Shown one piece after another: positions 11,682-21,770 of a stretch of DNA of 36,046 nucleotides. The first letter of the stretch is position 1. Every line of letters starts with the position of its first letter. This stretch comes from Octopus bimaculoides (taxonomy: Eukaryota), in assembly GCF_001194135.2 (NCBI RefSeq), contig NC_069000.1, forward strand, positions 8,298,409-8,334,454, read 5' to 3'. The notes below the pieces were generated by a model. It had not been told where the DNA came from. It ran no database searches and saw only the letters and a program-made list of their open reading frames with translations. Made by a program: the position numbers and the translations under genes.

Positions 11682-13430
11682 ATGCATGTATATGTAGGCA
11701 CGTATGTATGTGTGTGTGTGGGTAGGTGCACACAGGTAACCAAGATGTTGAATGTGCCAGCAACATTAATAAGCTGAGTGGTTTATCTTGGATTAACAAG
11801 TGGGATATAAGGACTCACTTTACGGGATATGCTTATGCAATACAGGTAATCCGCCCGGCTCCCCAAGTAGATGAGACAACCGATGCGGATACAGTGAAAT
11901 GAACACCTTTCAACAAGGTATTAACCTTAAGCACAATATAACCTTGAACACTTCATTCTGTTTAACCAGCCTCAGTATTTTTCGCCTACAACTTGCAGTA
12001 GACTAGCCATATCTTGTAGCAACAACCAGCTTTGAAAATCATGATACATTTTGAAAAACAACTCGATTGAAAGCACAAAGTAGAAAAGGTTAAAATTCTA
12101 TCGTAAATATTTCTTTCTCTGGTGCAAAATTTTCAGAAAGAAGAGATTACGTTTAGTTTCGTACTTTGTTTGAATGTGTTGTAATGGCGGCAATACTAGC
12201 ATTTTTTAAAACTGTCTAATATGAAAACTCAGAGAAAAACTGTTTTTTTTTTTTGTGTGTGTGTGTTTTTCTTTTTACAAGACTGACGTACTAACCACCA
12301 ACAATTCTAGCATACTGTTAACCTCAGCAACCTACCGTTACGTTTCGGTTCCATCCAGACTGCCGTTTGCATGATCATTCATAACATATAATTTCATCAG
12401 CATATAATTTCAGGAACACTTCAAGAAAAATATTAACTTAAACCACATATTTCGCTCAGATTTCTCTCAGATTACTGTACGATCCCGCCTCTTTGAAATT
12501 GCAGCGGGGAATTTAAGTGAAAATAAAACAAAGAATATATTTTCCAATATGGATTCAATTCTACCTGTCTCTAGTGATCCTGTGTCATTTCCTATCCACT
12601 CTCTTCTTGGTAAATTCTTCTCCAATATGTGACATAGCTTGCAATTTGCACAGGAAATTAAAATAATTCTTTGATTAAATATCGAATTTTTCTTTTGTAA
12701 GTTTCCAAACGTCGCCGCCATCATCATCATCGTCATCGTTATCATCGTCGTCGTCGTCGTCGTCATCATCGTCGTCATCATCATCATCATCTTGTCTTTC
12801 AGTTTATATGTTCATTTTTTTTCTTTCTCATGCCATGCCGGATTGTTAGTCTAATCTTCGGTTCTGGCTTTGATCCCACGGCATATAATTATGTGATTAG
12901 GTTAGTTTTTTGTGTAGGCCTGCTTGAACATTGTTTTGTGTTTTTACTTTGCATGTGTGTGTATGTGTGTGTGCATGGAATGTGCATATGAGTGTATGGG
13001 TATCTGCATGCATATGTGTCTATATTTGCACATGTCTTGCGCATGATGTGTTTCATGTATGCTGAGCACTGGGTGTTCAATAAACGCCTGGATGTTCAAT
13101 AAATGCTTGTTTCTCTTTTGTGTGCCTAAGAATGCAGTTGGAGAAGGGGATTTGGCCTTTGTAATCAAGGTATTCCAGAGTATATGAGGGTTCTTTAATT
13201 GCTCCCTAGATAGCTGTCATCCACTTTGGGCGGGTCTTTCCATTCCTTCAACCCATCGTTGTTTCCCAGGCCTTTTTGTTTTTTTCCTTTTTTCGTCACT
13301 CACAATCGATTCTGCATACGCCACCACAATTTTCTTCTCACATTTTGTCCTTGTAATATCCCTCATCCGTTGCCTTTGTGAAAATATAAAACCACCGCCG
13401 CCGCTACCACTACCACCACCTTCATCATCA

Positions 13431-13434
<4 letters not shown>

Positions 13435-13465
<31 letters not shown>

Positions 13466-13546
13466 TGATGAAAACTCTCAGCTTATTTTGCTGGGTATGA
13501 TGGAAAGTGTCAGCTGACCACAGCCAGCAGATTAAGATGACACTTG
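13435..13546 (-). mobile_element. Short second copy of the LINE 3' UTR + (AAT)n tail
   Basis: 13466-13546 matches 13766-13846 with 4 mismatches in 81 nt. Both are preceded on the + strand by (ATT)n. Confidence 0.85.
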
Positions 13547-13554
13547 GTAAGCTA

Positions 13555-13731
13555 CGAAATGCTTAGCGGTATTTCGTCAGCCACTATGTTCTGAGTTCAA
13601 ATTCCACCGAGATCGACTTTGCCTTTCATCCTTTCGGGGTCGATAAACTAAGTACCAGTGAAACACTGGAGTCGATGTAATCGATATATCCCCTCCCCGC
13701 AAATGGCTGCTCTTGTGGCAAAATTTAAAAC

Positions 13732-13740
<9 letters not shown>
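13555..13740 (+). mobile_element. SINE family B, slightly 5'-truncated, with (ATT)n tail
   Basis: cgaaatgcttagcggtatttcg...gttctgagttcaaattcc...gactttgcctttcatcctttcggggtcgataaactaagtaccagt...cttgtggcaaaatttaaaaccattattatt. The central domain resembles the Meta/MESC-type SINE core as recalled. Confidence 0.9.
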
Positions 13741-13765
<25 letters not shown>

Positions 13766-14220
13766 TGATGAAAACTCTCAGCTTATTTTGCTGGGTATGA
13801 TGGAAAGTGTCAGCTGTCCACAGCCAGCAGACTACGGTGACACTTGTTTACTGGTCATGCTTCAAGAACCCTGCGAAAAAATTTTGCAGTTCCAAGCAAT
13901 GCTGATTTTTATAGGTGTCCTACCTTCACACTTGCACCAATCTTTTTCAGCCATGCTGGTAGTCGAGTGCTGATACTTCCAAATGCACCAGTTACTATTG
14001 GTATCAGGTCTACTCTCCTGATTGACCACAACCTTCGTATTTCCCACTTCAAATCGTCATAATCGTTTGCTTTTTCTTCTTCTTTCACATTGACACTTTT
14101 GTCACCGGGGCATGCCATGTCGATTGCCATGCATATTCTTTCTTTTTTTATTCAACACGACAATGTCCGGTTTCAGATGTCTGGTCAGGTGATCGTACTG
14201 AATCATTGCATCCCACTGGA
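13735..14220 (-). mobile_element. 3' fragment of a non-LTR retrotransposon with restriction-enzyme-like endonuclease (RLE; R4/Dong- or NeSL-like)
   Basis: Translation WDAMIQYDHLTRHLKPDIVVLNKK [frameshift in A-run] ICMAIDMACPGDKSVNVKEEEKANDYDDLKWEIRRLWSIRRVDLIPIVTGAFG...HL*KSALLGTAKFFRRVLEA* contains the RLE PD...D...K motif. It is followed by a ~90 nt 3' UTR and an (AAT)n tail. One frameshift and one premature stop make it a dead copy. Confidence 0.9.
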
Positions 14221-14913
14221 TATGATACTATCTGTTGTAGCTTTAACATTGAAAATGCAGCCCAAACAACACAGACATAACTCGGGGCCGTCTCATTAGC
14301 ATTATAGGCCCCCAGGTAAATCAGTCCATTGAGCCCTATAGTATTTCTTTCTTGACAACAAACCACAGTAAATATATCAGAACTAGGCTCCTAAATCTGT
14401 GAAGTCAGTAGGCAACTTCCAGTATAGTCCTACCTTAAAACGGCACTGATTAAAATTGTTAGACGCTGGAGTACATTTTAAACCCAATACTTTAATTTAT
14501 GCTTGTTGATACAGTCTAGAGCATTTCATTTAGTGAGTTAATCTCAGCAAAGGAAATGCAATAAGCTGTTTTCCCATTCAGGTGGTGATATGTCTTTGCC
14601 AATTGTTGCAAAATTCAAAGATATTTCCAACAAAACACCATTGATCAGGCTTGTGAACGGAATAAAAAATTTAATCATTATTATTCCACAGCGACAATAA
14701 CTTATTCTGTGTATCCAGCAAATATAATTAGATTAGAACTTATAGAAGATGATGTTATATTGAAAATATTGCTGCAAATCTCTACCATTTTCACAAAGGA
14801 AATGTTTATAAGTTAGAAGTTTGTCTCTAAAATCAATTCCATTTCTCAAATTTCTATGCATCCTTAAAACATATCTTTATCGTGATTGTTAACGTCGTTT
14901 TCACGAGGCTTTG

Positions 14914-15050
14914 CTATGCTGGTAAGGAAAAGTAGACGTGGGTTGAACGGGCTTTTCCGTGCAATATTTTAGTTTTGGATGCCCTTCTCGACGCCAAGCC
15001 TCTTAAGACATGCAGGGATAAGGGGTACCTTTTCAAAAACTGGAATACAA
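14914..15050 (-). mobile_element. Degenerate SINE-like fragment
   Basis: cctgcatgtcttaagaggc...ttggcgtcgagaagggcatcc resembles the GGCGTCAGGAAGGGCATCC SINE domain I recall from invertebrate genomes. Confidence 0.4.
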
Positions 15051-15399
15051 ACTGAAATTCTAAAACCGTATCTGTGTGTATGTATGTATGTGTGCGTGTG
15101 TATGTGTGTGTGTGCGTACGTGTGTGCGTGTCCATACGTGTGTGTGTATGTATGTGTGTAGTTAAGTGCCCCGCCATCATTCCCAATACACTTCCCCCAC
15201 ACGATTTCTTGACTCTCCCAAACGCACTGTGATCACCAGATCGCAAAACATCTGCTGACCCCTTAGTTTTTCCCTTCTATCCAAGCTAAAATACCGATTT
15301 TTATCTCTTCTAGCCACTTGGTATTACTGCTCTGCTAACCACCTTTCTTCCATTCTTTCCAGCTTTACCTTTTATGGCACAATTCTACAACCGCGTCAC

Positions 15400-15639
15400 C
15401 TCCTTCTGGCTGGGAACTTGTACTGCTCTGAAACAGGAAATTGTCTCGTAAAAGCCTCCAGATTCCCTTTATGCAGTAAGTCTCTGTCTTTTTCCTCCAT
15501 TATGTCAGAAGCATTAAAAAAAAATGAATCTAAGACAAGCTGTGAGCCTTTTCTGTGTACCGTCTCTAAATTTCTTTTCTCTATTATTTCGTCATGCTTT
15601 AATTCTGGAGTTATTAATATGCATTGGGTGACGTAGTGC
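15400..15639 (-). CDS. Candidate 240-nt symmetric (phase 2-2) coding exon of an unidentified gene
   Basis: A pyrimidine-rich tract plus tacAG acceptor sits at 15640-15641 and an AG|GTGACG donor at 15398-15399. The exon is stop-free and non-repetitive: HYVTQCILITPELKHDEIIEKRNLETVHRKGSQLVLDSFFFNASDIMEEKDRDLLHKGNLEAFTRQFPVSEQYKFPARR. No family recognised. Confidence 0.35.
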
Positions 15640-15879
15640 CTGTACATATGTGTATGTGTGTAGAGAGAGAGAGGAGATGAGAGATAGATACACATATAAG
15701 ATAAAGTACCTATGGACACAGATACACACACATACACACAAACATTAGTATATACGTACATATTTATGTGTATATATTTCATGTAATCGAACCAGAAGTA
15801 GAAGCGGTTCCAAAGGCAGGCACGTAGCATTAACTTAAAGTTCAGCGTCTTTGGAAATGATTACAGTAAAAATCTTGTA

Positions 15880-16041
15880 TAAAGTCCCGCCTCCCAACAT
15901 TGGTTAGAGAACGGAGTCAGTGGTGATCAATTGATACTCAATATCCTGTGAAAAGATCGATTCGATAATCCCTTATTGTCGAAGTCAAACCATTGTAGCC
16001 GCCATTGAGAAACAACGTTTTAGAAAGGACACGACGTAAGT
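15880..16041 (+). promoter_or_regulatory. Promoter-like segment with possible non-coding first exon
   Basis: Contains a GC-box-like CCCGCCTCCC (15886-15895), an inverted CCAAT (ATTGG, 15899-15903), a YY1-like GCCGCCATT (15998-16006) and a donor-like C|GTAAGT (16036-16041). CpG is locally elevated. Confidence 0.35.
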
Positions 16042-17133
16042 TTTTGTTGTTGATTTTTTCGTTCTCCATATCGTTTCTGAAATCAATGTATAATCCATCT
16101 TTCAGTAGACTATTTTAGTTCTTAGTTGGTTGGAATAATTGAAGATTATTGATAAATTAAACTATACTTCCATCGACAGTTCTTTCCTCGTGGGGAGTGT
16201 TAGAGCAATCGACCAGAAACGTGTGGCTTTTCTTTTTTTTTTCTTTTCTTATTGTAATATTATTTTAACATGTCGATATTTCATTGAATTAAAATGTCGT
16301 CTGATAATGAGGTTGTGTATGCGCGTGTGTGCGTGCATGTGTATATGTGTGTGTTAGTGTATAAGAACGTTAGTCTGTGTATGTATATCTGTGTGAGTGA
16401 ATAGATACGTCAGTGTGTGTGTGTGTGTGTGACTTTGTATAGGTGAGTCTGTATGTATATGTGTGTGGGTGTATGTATGTCGCTGTGTGTGCGTTTGTTA
16501 GTTTGTGTGTATGTATATGTATGCGTCAATACGTGCGTGGTGTATGTATTTACGTATGCATATATGTCAGTGTGCGGGAGAAAGAAAGAAAGAAAGAAAG
16601 AAAAGCAGGGTAGGACGAGTGGTTATTAATGACGAAAGACTTAAAGCCATAAAGATGTTTGTTTCGTAGTCTGACGTTTTGTTTGAGTATTGTTTTTGCT
16701 GGCATGACACTAAGAAACCATATGTTACGTCGATTAATCTAATCCGTTGGAGAGGAGTTATTAACAGGAATGTGCTGGTCAGTACCAGTCTGTCAGTCTG
16801 TTGGTCTGATGTGGATTCCGCGGTGTTTCTGCAGACATTGCTACGGCCGGCATTATCACTACCGTCAACAGTGACGGCATGAAAGAAATCGGAATTGAAG
16901 CGTTCTGGAGAAAAGAGCGGGGTGGTGTTACACAGATAGATGGGTGGGTGTGTTGTTATATATTATTATAAGATCTGGTAATTAGTCATATATTGATATA
17001 TTAATTAATATCGATTAATTATCAGGGGGCCAGCACATTTAAAGAATCAAAGGGATTCAGAAATATTATCTGCAATCTCAGGGGATTAAGGTACATTTTA
17101 AAAAATAACGTCGACCACTAACGTGGACAATTA

Positions 17134-17252
17134 ATGCGCTAGAAATAGATCACATCTTGTGTCTATTAAGACCTAAAAAGTTCTCAACATATTTCATGTT
17201 GAGAACTTTTTAGGTCTTAATAGACACAAGATGTGATCTATTTCTAGCGCAT
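17134..17252. repeat. Perfect inverted repeat, 57-bp arms, 5-nt loop
   Basis: 17134-17190 is the exact reverse complement of 17196-17252. The loop is ATTTC. Confidence 0.97.
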
Positions 17253-17269
17253 ATATACATATAGATAGA

Positions 17270-17468
17270 TATAAACAAAGTTAAGGGATCAGCAACAGGT
17301 TGCTTCACCACATACCGAAGTTCAGAAATAGCAGCTAAAAATGCTGAAACTCCAACAGATAGCAGTTACCCGCAACTCACATAGGCAGTTTCAGCATTTT
17401 TAGCTGCTATTTCTGAACTTCGGTATGTGGTGAAGCAACCTGTTGCTGATCCATTAATTTTGTTTATA
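17270..17468. repeat. Inverted repeat, 66-bp perfect core (82 bp with 2 mismatches), 35-nt loop
   Basis: 17286-17351 is the exact reverse complement of 17387-17452. The arms extend to 17270 and 17468 with 2 mismatches. Confidence 0.97.
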
Positions 17469-17889
17469 AATGTATAAGAACTTTTCAATAAGTTCCACGC
17501 CGATAATGGTGCTTACATACCGAAGGGCTTGGTAAAAATTATTAATTATTAATTTATTAATAAATTGATAATCCTTTACCCTTTTAATTGTAATAACATA
17601 TAGATAGATAGATAGAAAGAAAGAGAGGGGTGAAAGAGGGAGTGTTATTACACAGTGAGAGAGGAGGTATGCTGTTACAGAGAGAGAGAGAGAGAGAGAA
17701 AGAGAGAGGTGTTGTTATAAAGGAGGAGGGACGTTATATTGAGAAGTATGCGATACACTGAGAGCTGTGTTACACACAGGGATGTGAGTGTTACATTAAG
17801 GATATGTTACAGCGACAAGAATGTATAACAGTGAAGGGGTGATACAATGAAAGGAGAGGAATGAAGAAATGAAAATATATATATGCAAC

Positions 17890-18060
17890 ATATGTGGGAA
17901 ATTCTGTCTGTGGGTGTGTTTGTGGAGTTGTTAGTTAACTCCTCCAATATCGTTTTATCGATTTTAATGAAACTTGACACGTGAGTAGAACTCATGTCTG
18001 GAAACCTCATGGCATATTCAGATTGTTGAAAAAAATTGATAATTGGGCCCCTGGAAGGGA
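17890..18060. mobile_element. Possible non-autonomous DNA element fragment
   Basis: The motif atcgattttaatgaaacttgacac is recalled from DINE/HINE-like elements. Weak evidence. Confidence 0.25.
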
Positions 18061-18369
18061 TCCTTATATATAGCCAAGAGAAATGACCTGTTCATTTTCC
18101 TAAATTATTTGGTAAAAATGAAATTGAGTATTCTTATTTCTTAGTGTTTGAACTGTTCTTTTCGCAATTTATCCAGTACAACTCTTAAACAAGTAAATAG
18201 TATTTTCTTAAATAATAGATCCACTTATTTCTGTTAGTCACTTATTCACGAATATACCAACACTAGCGCCTCTGAGGGTAATATTCTCTGGGAACGCACA
18301 GAAGCCCTTTTCAGAGTTATTTACTTTGAATTGTTATTATCTCATATCTGATTTGCCTCTTATTACGGA

Positions 18370-18520
18370 CTGACAGAATCGTTGCAACATCGGACAAAAT
18401 GTCTTGAGGTATTCTGGCTCATCTTTTCGAGATAGACAACCTCAAGTACTAATCAAGAACTGGAGTTAAATGTACTCCAAAATTTCTGGCCTCTTACCTA
18501 AACTAGAAACAATCACAAGA
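18370..18520 (+). mobile_element. Highly degenerate SINE family B copy
   Basis: gacagaatcgttgcaacatcggacaaaatg...ctggagtta...aaaatttctggcctcttacctaaactagaaacaat follows the head and tail layout of family B. Confidence 0.5.
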
Positions 18521-18873
18521 TATAATCATGTCTGTATCAACTGTGCTTGGAATATTGTGTCGGTATAAACTCTGCCACATTATGTTATGAACTGCTGTGA
18601 TTTTCAATTGGCTTTAGTATACGAGAACTAATATTTGTATATATTTTTATGAGTGCCACACTACCATTTCATATATGCAGTTATTTTTGTCGCACGCTAT
18701 GCTCTCTGATATAGTTTTCAATTCCTTGTATTGATTGGAACTATGACAATCAATATATTCTTTTCACTGTAATTAAATAAAAAGAATTTGCAATCTCTAT
18801 GCATCTCTAGAATCACCTTTATTCATTAGCATTACAAATGGTTATTTATCTACGTTAAATTTGTGTATGTGTG

Positions 18874-18902
18874 TCTGTCTATCTATCTATCTACCTACCT
18901 AC

Positions 18903-18960
<58 letters not shown>

Positions 18961-18977
18961 GTCTATCTGTCTGTCTA

Positions 18978-19032
<55 letters not shown>

Positions 19033-19220
19033 GCCTGTTATCTATCTATCAATCAGCCTATCTATCTATCTATCTATCTGTCTGTCTATTTATCTATCTA
19101 TCAATCAGCCTACCTATCTATTTATTTATCTATCTGCCTACCTATCTATCTATCAGTATACCTGTCTGTCTATTTATCTATCAATCAATCTACCTGTCTA
19201 TCTATCTATCTATCTATCTA

Positions 19221-19251
<31 letters not shown>

Positions 19252-19300
19252 TTTCTCCAGACAGACAGTCAGACAGACAGATAGATAGATAGTTAGATAG
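18874..19300. repeat. Compound (TCTA)n/(TCTG)n microsatellite
   Basis: Directly visible. It generates the LSIY/LSVC pseudo-ORFs. Confidence 0.97.
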
Positions 19301-21157
19301 ATAAAAAAGCAGGTGAAAAGAATTAACCAAACGACCGTGGACTCACAAGCTTTCCAGCTGCTTTCTAAACTTCGACTACCTCCAGGCCGTTTAAAATATA
19401 CTTTGAATATTCACAGTATGATCAAGAAGACATCACATTTTGCTACCTGCCGAAAATTGTTTTATAGTAGCTGTGTGATGAAAATAAGAGAAAATATAAA
19501 GCTTTAAAAGATACAAAGGCTGAGCTTTGTTTTGTATTCGGTGGAAGCACGCGAGATTTTTATCTAATATCGCCGAGTTTCTAGATGAATCCACAGGACT
19601 TGTAGTAGTAACTCGTTACAACTTTATGTCTAATAAACCAAATTACAATATATCCTCTGGACGTAGTTTATAATTTCTGAGATTATCTAGACTCTTTGAC
19701 GTCACAGATCAGATTATCCAAGTCTATGAAATCTTCTTTCAGACGTCTTAAAGACTCCGTCAAAACTTCCCAGTATCTAACGTATATGTAATGATTTCAT
19801 CGTACTGATAGTGGTACTGTTGTTAAGATGGATTTTCCCCCCTTCCTTCTTTATTGTATTTTAATGTTTTGTAATGTTGATACGTTTTTTGTTATCTTCT
19901 TTTTCTGTACAGATCAGGAAACGATATAACTTCACGTGAAACTGTATTTATATCTTATCTACACATTATTATTTTACATCGTTTTCTACCCCGTCTTCTT
20001 TCCCTTAGCTACTTCGAATCTTTTGTTTTCCTGGTTTTTCTTTGTTTCACTTTCTAACGACGATGCATTTTTGTTGAGATAGACTGATTTTTCCATTACA
20101 GAGCTATTCTTGACTGAAGTATTTAGAATTAGGAAACCGAGTAACAACTTTCTAGATCATCTTTCTTTAAGACGGAATGGAAAGAATAATGAATTCGCTT
20201 AACTTCATATACCAAGAAGTTATCTACCAACTCTCCCTCTTTCTACATCTCTTTCGGTATACCTACATACATATATACATACATACATACATACATACCT
20301 ACATACATATATACATACATACATACGTACATCCCACCGTCATCTCCTTTACGTCGCTGTTAATTAGACTTCGTACAGAAACCCTCCAAATGGAGTAGAA
20401 TCTACTTATCTCCACCGACTGATCAAGATGGCGATGTAATGAAAGGTCAGAGAACAGAAATAACACTAACTGACGTATCGTGCAGAGATACTGCACAACA
20501 GTGGAACAGTGGCCTTTCTTATAGCCATTTTCTCGTTGGTGTGGGTATCCGGCGATGGTATCTAGGAACTGTGATGAAATTTCAGTGAGATTTAATGACT
20601 CTGGTAATATTTTTCATTTAAAATGTTACATACGGTGATACCGAAAATAAGCATTATACTTGGGTAGTAGAGGTAAGTATTAACGTATACGTACATAGAC
20701 ATATATACATACGCATTCATACATATCTACATTCATCCATGTGTATGCATGTGTACACACATACACACACAAGCTACAGATCCACTTTAGTCTTTGGTTT
20801 ACTTTACACTCGTACTCATACACGCAGGTTTCGTGTAACGATCATACAATATACACAGACATATGTGGACACACTTATATACGAATATACAGATTACAGG
20901 CAACGTATAAATATATAGATGTTGTATACTTTCATGCATGCGCACGTGCTTATGCATATACAGACAGACGTTTAAGCAAGTCAAGAATGAATATATAGTG
21001 TGTGTGTTTATTTGACAAGAAAAAAATGACCATCTTGAAAAATAACAATANNNNNNNNNNNNNNNNNNNNNNNNNNNNNNNNNNNNNNNNNNNNNNNNNN
21101 NNNNNNNNNNNNNNNNNNNNNNNNNNNNNNNNNATATATATATATATATATATATAT

Positions 21158-21383
21158 ATAGTAACCCCTCGACTATAGCGGATGTTACGTTCCAAAAACC
21201 CTCGCGATAGGTGAAACTCCGCGAAGTATGAACAGTACTGTACTGTCTATATTTTTTTTTATTTTTATAATTTTTTATATATTTATTTTATTATAAATGC
21301 AAAACAACACCACGGAGGAATCCACTTAGGCTTCAATAATAAACCCCGATAGGTGAAACCGCGATATGGCGAGGGATTATTGT
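21158..21383. mobile_element. Tigger/pogo-like MITE
   Basis: Imperfect terminal inverted repeats atagtaacccctcgactatagcgg ... ccgcgatatggcgagggattattgt flank an AT-rich core with the internal direct repeat gataggtgaaac(t)ccgcga. Confidence 0.6.
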
Positions 21384-21403
21384 GTATGTGTGTATATATG
21401 TGT

Positions 21404-21770
21404 GAGAATGCTGCGACCGAAGTCGATCTGTTTCTCAATGCAAAGAAGACTGAGTACATGTCCGTCACTGAGGATGAAGACCACTCGTCAGTTTGTTCCA
21501 ACGATGACACATAACTCAAGGAGATCAGTGATTTCTAGTACCTTGGCTCTTATGTTGCTGACAGCAAGGAAAACTGATACGCAACGGACAAGCCTAGAAT
21601 GACTAACAAGCACCTGGCAATGAAGTATTTAAAGCACCTGGCAATCGAATATTGAAAAGCTAACAAAGATGGCCTTCTTCAGAGTATGCATAGAGAACAA
21701 TCTTCTTCTTTGAGGACCCGAAACGTTAGCTATGAAGACGGAACTTTGTGGTGGCTTTGATGGCACACGC
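21404..21770 (+). mobile_element. Decayed RTE-clade LINE reverse transcriptase fragment
   Basis: ENAATEVDLFLNAKKTEYM...LKEISDF*YLGSYVADSK...KMAFFRVCIENNLLL*GPET...FDGT matches the RTE motifs GL-LN--KTEYM, F-YLGS and FRA-VESILLYG-ETW. Multiple stops and frameshifts. Confidence 0.85.

Noticed and set aside
14969-15071. Peptide RISVCIPVFEKVPLIPACLKRL resembling the glycosyltransferase family 2 N-terminal motif (ISVIIPVYN...CL-SL)
   Set aside because: It terminates 8 residues later, lacks the following VVDDGS motif, and overlaps a probable SINE remnant.
18861-19292. Three overlapping ~140 aa LSIY/LSVC ORFs
   Set aside because: They are translations of the tetranucleotide microsatellite.
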